A stretch of 64,000 nt of DNA from an uncultured Bacteroidales bacterium (GTDB lineage: Bacteria; Bacteroidota; Bacteroidia; Bacteroidales; FEN-979), in the NCBI GenBank assembly GCA_903929315.1, contig CAIYUC010000211.1, positions 8,274 to 72,273 on the forward strand, read 5' to 3'. Positions within the stretch are counted from its first letter, which is position 1; each line of letters starts with the position of its first letter. A program made the translations under genes and the position numbers. Shown here piece by piece: positions 18,901 to 27,696 of the stretch. The notes beneath the pieces were generated by a model. The model ran no database searches, was not told where the DNA came from, and saw only the letters and a list, made by a program, of their open reading frames with translations.

Positions 18901-20203
18901 TCAATGGCAACAATTATACCTTAAACAATTCGGCGAAGAATTTCTTGCAGATCAGTCCAACCTTAGTTATTGGAAATCCATTCAGAATGTAGATGATGAA
19001 ACAATATGGAGGATCAAACTTGTACTGAAAAGACACCTGGCTGAATACCTGCTGGATCGTCTCTTTGATGAAATGACACGACGCAATGAAAATCCTAAAT
19101 TAATATTTAAGATTAAGGAGTCAATCCCCCAAAATGCCATGACAATTGGCTTTGCCCGCCGCTTTGCTACTTATAAAAGAGCTTATCTCCTGTTTAGTAA
19201 CCCGGGGAGACTTTCAAAAATTGTAAACAACGTCGATCGGCCTGTGGTGTTTATATTTGCAGGGAAAGCACATCCTATGGATACTGCAGGACAGGATATG
19301 ATAAAACGGATCTATGAAATGTCCAAAACAGATGAATTTCTCGGGAAGATCTTTTTCCTTGAAAACTATGATATGGAACTGGCTAAATATCTAATCCAGG
19401 GGGTGGACATTTGGTTGAATACACCCGAAAGGAAAATGGAAGCATCCGGCACGAGTGGAGAAAAAGCAGTGTTGAATGGAGTTGTGAATTTCAGTGTATT
19501 GGATGGCTGGTGGGCAGAGGGGTATAAGTCCAAAGCAGGCTGGGCATTACCGGAAAAAACGACATATAAGAGCACCCAAATCCAGGATGATCTTGATGCA
19601 GAGACTATATACAGTGTTCTTGAAGAAGAAATAATCCCATTGTTCTATGAAGTCAATTCAAAAAAAATACCCGTTAAATGGATCTCGTACATTAAAAATA
19701 CTATCTCAGAGATTGCACCTCGTTATACCATGAAAAGGCAGTTGGATGACTATATCAGTCTGTTTTATTCGAAACTTTTTTTACGGTCGACTGAAATGGT
19801 GGTCCGAAATTATGAAATGGCCCGTCATATAGCATCATGGAAAAGAAATGTCCTCCGGGGTTGGGAAAGCGTTGAAGTGGTTTCTATAAATATACCCGAC
19901 TCAACACAGAAACCGCTTGACCTCGGGGAAACATTCAATGCAGAAATTGTTCTTGATATGAATGAACTATCAGGGACGGATGTGGGAATAGAGGTTGTAT
20001 TTGGTATTAAAGAAAATGACGAAATCGCTGAACCGGTAAAGGTTTATGAAATGAAACTGAAAAACATAGACAAACATCTTGTTACCTTTACCTGTGATAT
20101 ACCCATTGATCAGCCTGGGGTTTATAACTATGTGTTCAGGCTTTTCCCTAAAAATTCTTTATTACCCCATCGGCAGGATTTCAATCTTGTGAAATGGATT
20201 TAG
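15953..20203 (+). CDS. glgP: fused glycogen synthase (GT3) / alpha-glucan phosphorylase (GT35)
   Basis: N-half WEVCNKVGGIYTV, FHEW, PSYYEPWGYTPLE (GT3); C-half AYFSMEYG, GGLGMLAGD, NEGHS, FARRFATYKRA, EASGTSGEK (PLP lysine). ATG 15953 preferred to TTG 15947. Confidence 0.92.
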   Translation: MQSESALLKPDYLFETSWEVCNKVGGIYTVISTKALTLVNEFNDNYILIGPDVWKETHQNPEFLEDKFLYKAWRQKAESEGLRIKIGRWNSVFKPVVILVDFTPYFSEKDKIFAWLWETYKLDSLTGGWDYIEPALFGYAAGKIIESFYNFNISFHDKIVAQFHEWMTGTGILYLKNKVPQIGTVFTTHATVVGRSIAGNGLPLYKDMKFFNAEKIAEQFGIMAKQSLERLSAEECDSFTTVSQITNTECSQFLGKEASVITPNGFEDTFVPEKEKYYEKRAQAQQKLFQVAEGLMNQHLPRNSILIINSGRYEFKNKGIDIFVDVLGTLNKQPQLDRQIIAFITIPAYQTGPRLEILDRMQKADFSTQVTDQFLTHGLHEPENDPILRRIHQNNLHNLPEDKVKVVFVPAYLNGSDGIFNLNYYDFLIGFDGSIFPSYYEPWGYTPLESMAFHIPTITTSLSGFGQWIKTLSPGENNCITIVPRDDDNHDFVVNEIVSKVLLDSGKPESEIQKMRSDACKISHAALWAKLITFYFEAFSFALEKVSSRIDLFKNKQPQFHMITVKSVTETKPEWKKVLVKPKVPSNLEGLLRIAKNLWWTWNHEGSELFEMINKGRWKEQKFNPIALIESLTYQDLQKLSTNQKFLDKLHAVTILFDGYMSKVTEKDKKMVAYFSMEYGLHDTIKIFSGGLGMLAGDYLKQASDSNFNVIAIGLLYRYGYFQQRISITGEQIASYTPQKFAHLPIEAVRDKDNNWLKIFFALPGRTMYAKIWRADVGRIPLYLFDTDIEENIETDRVITHQLYGGDSENRLRQEILLGIGGIRLLNLLDIKPDIYHSNEGHSAFIGIERLSILIQKDKLTFSQALEVVRSSTLFTTHTPVPAGHDTFTEDLLRKYLSHYPDRLNIKWEQFINLGRMTENDPDEKFSMSVLAAKLSQEINAVSRIHCEVTRQMFAKLYQGYYPHELHIGYVTNGVHYPTWTALQWQQLYLKQFGEEFLADQSNLSYWKSIQNVDDETIWRIKLVLKRHLAEYLLDRLFDEMTRRNENPKLIFKIKESIPQNAMTIGFARRFATYKRAYLLFSNPGRLSKIVNNVDRPVVFIFAGKAHPMDTAGQDMIKRIYEMSKTDEFLGKIFFLENYDMELAKYLIQGVDIWLNTPERKMEASGTSGEKAVLNGVVNFSVLDGWWAEGYKSKAGWALPEKTTYKSTQIQDDLDAETIYSVLEEEIIPLFYEVNSKKIPVKWISYIKNTISEIAPRYTMKRQLDDYISLFYSKLFLRSTEMVVRNYEMARHIASWKRNVLRGWESVEVVSINIPDSTQKPLDLGETFNAEIVLDMNELSGTDVGIEVVFGIKENDEIAEPVKVYEMKLKNIDKHLVTFTCDIPIDQPGVYNYVFRLFPKNSLLPHRQDFNLVKWI

Positions 20204-20296
20204 TTATCTCAAACCAACACTGGACCGTCAATTCTGGCACCGGGTCTGGTTGTTCTTTAAAAGTTCCTATCTTTGGGGGAATTTAATCATGCACAC

Positions 20297-21043
20297 ATGA
20301 AACTTCTGGAAGGAAAAACTACAATTATTACCGGAGCTAACAAAGGGATAGGTAAAGGTATTGCACTGAAGTTTGCAGAACATGGCTCGAATGTTGCATT
20401 TTCTGATTTAGCTTATAATGAAGATTCTAAAAGACTGGAAAACGAACTGGAATCTTTTGGTGTCAAAGCCAAAGGTTATGCATCTGATGCGAGCTCATCT
20501 AGCGAAAGTGAGAAGCTTATCAATGATATAATCAGTGATTTTGCAGTCATTGATATCCTGGTAAATAATGCAGGTATAACACGTGATATGTTGCTTCTCC
20601 GCATGACTGAGAACGATTGGGATATGGTGATCAATGTGAATCTCAAATCTGTGTTTAATCTTACAAAAGCTATTCAACGATATATGATTAAGCAGCGGTT
20701 TGGCGTTATAATAAATATGAGTTCAGTTGTAGGGATAGAAGGAAATGGCGGACAGTCGAATTATGCAGCATCGAAAGCCGGAATTATCGGGTTTACTAAA
20801 TCGGTTGCCCAGGAACTCGGATCACGTAACATTCGTTGTAATGCCATAGCTCCAGGGTTCATCGATACGGAGATGACAGCAAAACTTTCTCAGGAAATCA
20901 GGGAAAACTGGACAAACGATGTTCCGTTAAAAAGACCCGGTACACCAGAGGATGTCGCCAATGTTGCACTTTTTCTTGCTTCTGACTTGTCCTCTTATGT
21001 GAACGGACAGGTCATCAGTGTTTGTGGCGGTTTACACACTTAG
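20297..21043 (+). CDS. fabG: 3-oxoacyl-ACP reductase
   Basis: MKLLEGKTTIITGANKGIG, NNAGITRD, GQSNYAASKAG, APGFIDTEMT. Confidence 0.9.
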   Translation: MKLLEGKTTIITGANKGIGKGIALKFAEHGSNVAFSDLAYNEDSKRLENELESFGVKAKGYASDASSSSESEKLINDIISDFAVIDILVNNAGITRDMLLLRMTENDWDMVINVNLKSVFNLTKAIQRYMIKQRFGVIINMSSVVGIEGNGGQSNYAASKAGIIGFTKSVAQELGSRNIRCNAIAPGFIDTEMTAKLSQEIRENWTNDVPLKRPGTPEDVANVALFLASDLSSYVNGQVISVCGGLHT

Positions 21044-23133
21044 TAATTACAATCGGTTTGGATCTTATTGTTGAATACCCTTCATGGTTTATCCTTTTCT
21101 GCCTTCTCCTCGGAGCAGGAGGTGCATTTTTTCTTTATTTCAAAACAAAAAGGAATGACCTGAAACCCTGGATCCTGAAGCTGATGGTCGTTTTGAGGTT
21201 CCTCAGCATTACTATCATCTCCTTTTTGCTTCTCTCTCCGTTGATAAAAAAAATAACCGAAACAACTGAAAAGTCAATTATAATCATTGCACAGGATAAT
21301 TCACTTTCTGTTACATCAGGAAAAGATTCATCTTTTTACCGGAAGGACTATCGTTCAAAACTAATGGGTCTTGCAGATGAGTTGAAAAAAAAACAGGATG
21401 TTGCCTTTTTTTCTTTCGGAGAAAAAGTTTCAAATACACTATTAACAGGCTTTTCTGAAAGACAAACGGATATTTCCGAATTACTCGATGAATTGAACAG
21501 CCGGTATTCAAACAGGAACGTAGGAGCAATAATTCTTGCAAGCGACGGTATCTATAACCAGGGCTCAAATCCTTATTATACTGCACAAAAATTAAAGTGC
21601 CCCATATATACCATTGCTTTAGGGGATACGATTTATAATAAGGATATTATCCTTAAAAAAATCATCTATAATCATACTGTATTTATGGGAGATAAATTTC
21701 CTGTGGAGATCAATATAGAAGCGGATAAATGTGCAGGTGAATCAACCGATGTAGTGGTTAAGAAAGGAGACCAGGTCTTATTCACCCGGAAAATTTTATT
21801 TCCTTCCGGGAAGTCCGTGCAGAAGGTAAATATTCTCCTTGAAGCCCGGGAAAAGGGAATGCAGCGGTATACTATAATGGTTACTCCGGTAAATGGAGAA
21901 GTAAGCAAAGTCAACAACCAGCAGGATATATTTGTTGAAGTTTCCGAGGTTCGTCAGAAAATCGCTATCCTTTACCAGGCACCGCATCCTGACATTGCTG
22001 CGATAAGATCGGCACTGGAAAGTTCGTTAAAATTTGATGTTGAAGAACATAAATTTGATGATTTCAATCAGCATCCTGATAAATATGACCTGATCATCCT
22101 TTATCAGCTACCCTCACAACCAGAAATATCAAACCTGGCTAATTTGATAAAATCACATACTTCACTGCTTTATTGCATCGGGAGCGAAACAGATATGAAT
22201 GCCTTTAATGATCTGAAAACAGGATTAGAGATCCATTCTTCAAAAATAACCTTTATTGAATCGTTACCTCAATGGAATGAATCGTTTTCACTTTTTACAA
22301 TAGACAAGAGCTTGTTGAAGGTGATCAAAGAGTTCCCTCCTTTATCAACTCCCTTCGGAATTTTCCAGTTTTCTCCTGTTTCTGACATTTTATTTTATCA
22401 GAACATCGGGACGGTTCAATCTAAAATACCATTGATCTTGTTTTTTCAGAATTCCGGTCAAAAGATTGGGATTGTAGCCGGGGAGAATTTATGGAAATGG
22501 CGGTTATCCGATTATCAGCAAAAGGGTAATCATGATATATTTAATGAGATGATGAATAAAATCGCACAATATTTATCCGTCAAAGCCGATAAAAGTTTCT
22601 TTCGGGTAAAGTGCAATGATAAATTCCTGGAAAATGAACCTGTTGAATTTGAAGCCGAGGTTTATAACGAAAGCTATGAACTCATCAATCAACCTGATGT
22701 TAACCTTATCATCACTGATGAGAACAATAAATCTTATCCGTTTGTTTTTGGAAAGACAGATAAAGCCTACTACCTGAACTCGGGCAATTTCCCGGTTGGC
22801 ACCTATAAATACCAGGCTACGGTGAAGGTTGGCAATAATCTTTACCAGAAGAGAGAGGAGTTCGTTATAACTCCATTGAACCTTGAAATGATGAATACAA
22901 CAGCTGATTTTAATCTTCTTTACAGGCTCGCCCGATCGCATGACGGAGACATGGTATACCCGCGAAACATGGATCATCTTGCCAAAATGATCAATGACCG
23001 TGAAGATATGAAATCTGTTTCCTTTACCCAGAAACGATATGCTGATCTGGTTGGGAATCTATGGGTATTCCTTTTGATTTTAGTATTGATCTCAGCAGAA
23101 TGGTTTATCCGTAAACGTAGTGGAATAACTTAA
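21022..23133 (+). CDS. membrane-anchored vWA-like / Ig-like domain protein (start uncertain)
   Basis: Two N-terminal TMs; DNSLS and LASDG MIDAS-like motifs; C-terminal TM ending EWFIRKRSG. Confidence 0.7.
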   Translation: MWRFTHLVITIGLDLIVEYPSWFILFCLLLGAGGAFFLYFKTKRNDLKPWILKLMVVLRFLSITIISFLLLSPLIKKITETTEKSIIIIAQDNSLSVTSGKDSSFYRKDYRSKLMGLADELKKKQDVAFFSFGEKVSNTLLTGFSERQTDISELLDELNSRYSNRNVGAIILASDGIYNQGSNPYYTAQKLKCPIYTIALGDTIYNKDIILKKIIYNHTVFMGDKFPVEINIEADKCAGESTDVVVKKGDQVLFTRKILFPSGKSVQKVNILLEAREKGMQRYTIMVTPVNGEVSKVNNQQDIFVEVSEVRQKIAILYQAPHPDIAAIRSALESSLKFDVEEHKFDDFNQHPDKYDLIILYQLPSQPEISNLANLIKSHTSLLYCIGSETDMNAFNDLKTGLEIHSSKITFIESLPQWNESFSLFTIDKSLLKVIKEFPPLSTPFGIFQFSPVSDILFYQNIGTVQSKIPLILFFQNSGQKIGIVAGENLWKWRLSDYQQKGNHDIFNEMMNKIAQYLSVKADKSFFRVKCNDKFLENEPVEFEAEVYNESYELINQPDVNLIITDENNKSYPFVFGKTDKAYYLNSGNFPVGTYKYQATVKVGNNLYQKREEFVITPLNLEMMNTTADFNLLYRLARSHDGDMVYPRNMDHLAKMINDREDMKSVSFTQKRYADLVGNLWVFLLILVLISAEWFIRKRSGIT

Positions 23134-23147
23134 TTGAGCAAAACTCA

Positions 23148-24419
23148 ATGTCTTCAACTTTCTTATATATTATTCTTGCCATCCTTGTCTTTGAGTATAT
23201 TCTTGAAAGGATACTGGCTTATTTGAATTCAACATACTGGAGCGACCATCTTCCCAAAGAACTCATCGGTATCTATGACGAAGAAAAGTACAAAAAATCT
23301 ATGGCCTATGAGAAGCAAAAGCAGAAATTCGGGTTGGTGGTCAACACGCTGACTTTCCTTGCTATGTTGGTGGTGCTTACTCTGGGCGGGTTTGGATGGT
23401 TGGATCATTTCATCAGGAATTATACGGAAAATCCGTTCCTGATGGCTCTTTTATTTTTTGGTATGCTGGGGTTGGTCTCATCGATCCTTTCCATACCTTT
23501 TGAGCTCTACCATGTATTTGTTCTTGAAGAGAAATTCGGCTTCAATCGTACGACACCGAAAACCTTCATTCTTGATAAAATCAAAGGATTAGTCATTGGG
23601 GCAATCATTGGTGGTGGTTTACTTTTATTGATCATCTATATTTATTTATCGACAGGAAATTATTTTTGGATCATAGCATGGGTTGTTATTGCTTGTTTTA
23701 TGATCTTTATGACAATGTTTTATTCTAACCTGATTGTACCTTTATTTAATAAGCAGAAGCCCCTGGAGCCAGGAACACTGCGGGTTGCGATCGAAGCTTT
23801 TGCAATAAAGGTTGGATTTAAGCTGAAAAATATTTATGTTATCGACGGATCCAAACGCTCCAAAAGAGCAAATGCATACTTTACCGGTTTGGGGATGAAA
23901 AAAAGGATCGTCCTGTATGATACACTGATCACCGATCATACCACCGAGGAATTAGTAGCCGTATTGGCACATGAGATCGGACATTACAAGAAAAAACACA
24001 CAACCTTATCCATAATTCTTTCACTATTGCAGACAGGTTTGATGCTTTTCATCCTGTCACTTTTCATCAGAAGAGAAAGTCCGCTTTCTCAAATGCTTTG
24101 TCAATCCCTGAGCGGCTTTGCAGGTATAGGAATTAAACAAAGCTTTCATATGGGGATCCTCGCATTTGGACTTTTATATTCTCCACTCTCATTAATCCTG
24201 GGAATATTGTTAAACATGCTTTCCAGGGCCAATGAATACCAAGCCGACCGTTATGCAGGGCTTAAATACAATCCGGAATCATTGCAGAATGCACTGAAAA
24301 AGTTATCCGTGAATAATCTCAGCAATCTCAGGCCTCATCCTGTTTATGTGTTCTTTTATTATTCGCATCCCTCTTTATTACAACGCCTTTCTGCGCTGGA
24401 AAAGTTAAAGGAACAGTAA
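23148..24419 (+). CDS. M48 (Ste24-like) membrane zinc metallopeptidase
   Basis: DGSKRSKRANAYFTG, HEIGH, EYQAD, SHPSLLQRL; multiple TMs. Confidence 0.92.
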   Translation: MSSTFLYIILAILVFEYILERILAYLNSTYWSDHLPKELIGIYDEEKYKKSMAYEKQKQKFGLVVNTLTFLAMLVVLTLGGFGWLDHFIRNYTENPFLMALLFFGMLGLVSSILSIPFELYHVFVLEEKFGFNRTTPKTFILDKIKGLVIGAIIGGGLLLLIIYIYLSTGNYFWIIAWVVIACFMIFMTMFYSNLIVPLFNKQKPLEPGTLRVAIEAFAIKVGFKLKNIYVIDGSKRSKRANAYFTGLGMKKRIVLYDTLITDHTTEELVAVLAHEIGHYKKKHTTLSIILSLLQTGLMLFILSLFIRRESPLSQMLCQSLSGFAGIGIKQSFHMGILAFGLLYSPLSLILGILLNMLSRANEYQADRYAGLKYNPESLQNALKKLSVNNLSNLRPHPVYVFFYYSHPSLLQRLSALEKLKEQ

Positions 24420-24438
24420 TCTCGATTTATGTGTTAAT

Positions 24439-24465
24439 AAAAAAGCCGGGCATTGCTGCCCGGCT
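24439..24465 (-). terminator. intrinsic terminator (possibly bidirectional)
   Basis: AGCCGGGCA-TTGC-TGCCCGGCT stem-loop preceded by an A-tract on + (U-tract on -), between convergent genes. Confidence 0.8.
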
Positions 24466-24490
24466 GTTCAACCAACCTCATCTATCCATG

Positions 24491-24925
24491 TTAATCTTTT
24501 TCTGAAGGTATTGGATAAAGATTAAATTGATAGATTTTGCCTTCTACAAATGGACCTGGTTTTGAATCCGGGTAAGGATAGAGCTTAAAGAGTTGCCAAC
24601 CACCTTCTGATGGTAATACCAGACGAGCTACCGTGGCGCTGATTATTGAATTTAAGCGTCTGATGTCGGTAAAATAATAGACCCCGGTGCCCAACGAGAA
24701 CATTTGTGCGGGTGCAACCATACGTCCGATTTCATCTGTCATTATTACATAAAGCTTCGGTAGAGGCAAACCTAAATTGGAAGCCGGATGAATATTTACC
24801 TGATATTGAATACGACCAGGTACCTGTGATTTGCTTTGGGGGTTATTTGATTTGGAATAAACTGCATTTACCCCAATGATGATCAGTGCAAGACTGAGAA
24901 CGGTGACGATTATTAGTGTTTTCAT
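24491..24925 (-). CDS. hypothetical secreted protein
   Basis: 144 aa with signal peptide MKTLIIVTVLSLALIIIGVNA; own terminator; no family recognised. Confidence 0.7.
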   Translation of the reverse strand: MKTLIIVTVLSLALIIIGVNAVYSKSNNPQSKSQVPGRIQYQVNIHPASNLGLPLPKLYVIMTDEIGRMVAPAQMFSLGTGVYYFTDIRRLNSIISATVARLVLPSEGGWQLFKLYPYPDSKPGPFVEGKIYQFNLYPIPSEKD

Positions 24926-25119
24926 GTTTTTTTGTTTTAAAGGTTAATACTTTTTTTCATGATGTAAAGGTATTATCGCCAAGTGGACGGGATCAAGAGA
25001 GAAAACACCTGATATTACTGTGGTTTTAGACGCTTTTTCAGAATATATATTTACTTTTATAAAGGATATGTATTTGCGTATTTTTTATGCGTAGTTTTGC
25101 ATAATGGGAGTTGAAATTG

Positions 25120-25166
25120 ACCTGATATGTAAATAACAGGTTCATTTATAATTTGTATTATATTTG
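25120..25166 (+). promoter_or_regulatory. CRP/FNR-like palindrome plus -7 box upstream of the usp genes
   Basis: ACCTGATA-TGTAAA-TAACAGGT (7/8 inverted match) at 25120-25141; TATATTTG at 25159-25166. Confidence 0.45.
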
Positions 25167-25207
25167 CTTTGTTCTATTCCTACCGTGCGTGTTTTACTGA
25201 AACGAAG

Positions 25208-26014
25208 ATGAAAAAGAAAATAGTCGTTCCAACCGATTTGACAAAAACGGCAGATCAAGCGATCAGACAGGCTACAGTCATTGCACTGAAAGCTCGGGCA
25301 AAGCTGGTACTGTTGCATATTCTGGATAATAAATCTCCCTCTGCAATCGAAGTAGAAAAAACGTTGAATCTACAAGTAAACACCATCATGGAACAAACCG
25401 GTCTGGAGTGTGAGATCATCCTGAAAGAAGGGTCGGTTTTTGATGTAATCCCTTATGTAGCCCGTGAAAAAGACTACGATCTGATGGTGATCGGCACTCA
25501 CGGCATCAAAGGTATCAGGCAGATGCTGATAGGCGCAGATATTCTTAAACTCGTTGCAAAAGTCTCCATACCGGTTCTGGTCGTTCAGGAAAAAGCTGCC
25601 CTGGTTGAAGACTTCAAGAGAGTCATTCTTCCTGTCAGCAGCCATGAGGCATTCATTCCAGCAATTGAAGCATTGCTATTCTTTGCCGGAATATATAATT
25701 TAGAAGTTCATCTTTATTCCATCTATAAAGCAGGCTTTGAATGGCCAAAACAATTATTATTGAATATTGATGAAACCATTAAACGGTTTGAATCAAAGGG
25801 TGTTCAATTCAAAAGAATAAAGGAAGATCAGAACAGTTACTCCATGGGGTATGCAAAACAGACATTAAAATATGCGGAATCCGTTGATGCGGATTGTATC
25901 TGTGTCATGTCAGTCCCGTCGAAGGAATATTACTATTTTGCACAATCCGATAAGGAAACATTATTGCTGAATGAATCTAACATACCTATACTCTGTACAG
26001 GGGGTGGGTATTAA
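25208..26014 (+). CDS. universal stress protein (tandem USP domains)
   Basis: KKIVVPTDL, DLMVIGTHGIKG, IPVLVV; ATG 25208 lies after the promoter. Confidence 0.88.
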   Translation: MKKKIVVPTDLTKTADQAIRQATVIALKARAKLVLLHILDNKSPSAIEVEKTLNLQVNTIMEQTGLECEIILKEGSVFDVIPYVAREKDYDLMVIGTHGIKGIRQMLIGADILKLVAKVSIPVLVVQEKAALVEDFKRVILPVSSHEAFIPAIEALLFFAGIYNLEVHLYSIYKAGFEWPKQLLLNIDETIKRFESKGVQFKRIKEDQNSYSMGYAKQTLKYAESVDADCICVMSVPSKEYYYFAQSDKETLLLNESNIPILCTGGGY

Positions 26015-26030
26015 AATAATAATGATTACT

Positions 26031-26909
26031 ATGGAAACAAAGCACAAGAAAGAAGTAAAGTATAACAGTATTATACTCATTCCTACTGATTTTTCAGAGA
26101 ATTGTGAGAATGCGGTCAGTCATGGAGTTGAGTTGGCCCGATTCCTTCATTACAATGTTTGCATTCTGCATGTCATTGATAAACAAGCCGAAAGTACAAT
26201 AAAAAAAGATGAGCCCGCGTTGGATGTCGTCAAACAAAAGCTGCAAAAGAACAAAGAGGAATATGAGAAAAAGTTTAATGTGAATATAGAAACCCTTATC
26301 AGATACGGTAATATTCTGAAAGTTATCGATAAAGTAGCTGTTGAGCTGAAAGCCAATCTGATGCTCCTGGGAACACCTGGGAAACAAGGGCTTCAGCATT
26401 TACTTGGAAGCCATGCCCTGAAGGTCGTTCTTGATTCACCCTGTCCGGTTGTCGTAGTACAAAAACGTTCATTCGACAATGGGTACAAGAACATCGTTTT
26501 ACCGGTAAGTAATGAACTTGAATCACGACAGGCAATCGAATGGGTAATGCTGATGAGCAGACTTTTTAATTCAAGGATACTTCTCTACCAATCGCTGGAA
26601 TCGGATCCTGCATTGATCAGCCGCCTGAAAATCATCATCCAGCAGATCAGTAAAGTTTTGAACGATGAAAAGGTTCCACACACCGTTAAAGTTGCCGAGA
26701 AACCGAAAGATTTTGCAGCCCAGGTTATATCTTATGCTGTCGCGAATAAATCGGATATGATCATGATTATTACCATGTCGGGAGCCGAGGTGCCGGGTTT
26801 CATTTTCTCAGTCTGGGATGAACGCATGATGTTCAATGAAGCCCAAATACCGGTAATGTGTATCAATCCTATTGAACTGGGAGAATATTATTACGACTGG
26901 ATGGGATGA
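26031..26909 (+). CDS. universal stress protein (tandem USP domains)
   Basis: ILIPTDFSENCENA, LMLLGTPGKQG...GSHA, CPVVVV; start at 26022 or 26031. Confidence 0.88.
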   Translation: METKHKKEVKYNSIILIPTDFSENCENAVSHGVELARFLHYNVCILHVIDKQAESTIKKDEPALDVVKQKLQKNKEEYEKKFNVNIETLIRYGNILKVIDKVAVELKANLMLLGTPGKQGLQHLLGSHALKVVLDSPCPVVVVQKRSFDNGYKNIVLPVSNELESRQAIEWVMLMSRLFNSRILLYQSLESDPALISRLKIIIQQISKVLNDEKVPHTVKVAEKPKDFAAQVISYAVANKSDMIMIITMSGAEVPGFIFSVWDERMMFNEAQIPVMCINPIELGEYYYDWMG

Positions 26910-26953
26910 TACCTAACTAAAAATTGGTGTTTGCTAAAAATCCCCGATTGATT

Positions 26954-27592
26954 TTATTTCGGCCCTTTGGTTTTGTTACAATCGCAATTGGGTGGACATG
27001 GTTCCACAGAAAAAGTATTTTGGGTTGTTGATTTGATATCGTTACCAATTTGATCAACACCACATACAACAATGCATTCAGTACCATTAGAAGTATTACC
27101 GGGAGTCAACCTGAATCCCGACACTGGCGTTTTAAGGTTAGAAGCAGTTTGTATTTTTTTCATAGCATTATATTGATCCATAGTCAGATAAATTATTACA
27201 AAATTCGGTTGACATGTTCCCATATCGGTGGTTTTGGATGTGTTTGGAATTACGGAACCATTGGTATCAATTCCGTCGATCAAAATGAAATAATTATTCT
27301 TCGTCTTAGAACCCACAGTCAACCTGAATGCATCCACCGGCGTGGGAAGGTGTTGAGTACTTAGAATTTTTGTCATCGTATCATATTGACTCTTAAATAT
27401 AGTCATTCTCCAGAAATGACCAGGGGAGGGAGGAGGCTTGAGCTTCCCATTGAAATAGATTTGTTTCTCTTTGGCTATATTTTTTTTAGGTACTGCCTGG
27501 GTATTTTGCCCTTTTAATCCTATCACTCCAACTCCGACTATTAAGCCAATTACAAGAGCTGTTACGAACAAAATAAAATTATTATTTTTCAT
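26954..27592 (-). CDS. membrane-anchored hypothetical protein with a tandem 71-aa duplication and C-terminal PCPPNCDC motif
   Basis: N-terminal hydrophobic segment; QYxxMxKI...TPVxxFRLTxG...G[IV]DxxG occurs twice; divergent from the cyclase gene. Confidence 0.75.
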   Translation of the reverse strand: MKNNNFILFVTALVIGLIVGVGVIGLKGQNTQAVPKKNIAKEKQIYFNGKLKPPPSPGHFWRMTIFKSQYDTMTKILSTQHLPTPVDAFRLTVGSKTKNNYFILIDGIDTNGSVIPNTSKTTDMGTCQPNFVIIYLTMDQYNAMKKIQTASNLKTPVSGFRLTPGNTSNGTECIVVCGVDQIGNDIKSTTQNTFSVEPCPPNCDCNKTKGPK

Positions 27593-27696
27593 AGTGTGTA
27601 AATTTTAGTTGTTTCGATAATTTTATATATTTTCGCTATAAATATAAAGACTTTTTTGTAAATGACAATTTCTGTGTAAAATTTTATCCTATTCTT

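Noticed and set aside
20212-20253. Imperfect hairpin after the glycogen operon
   Set aside because: Pairing is too interrupted to call a terminator or REP with confidence
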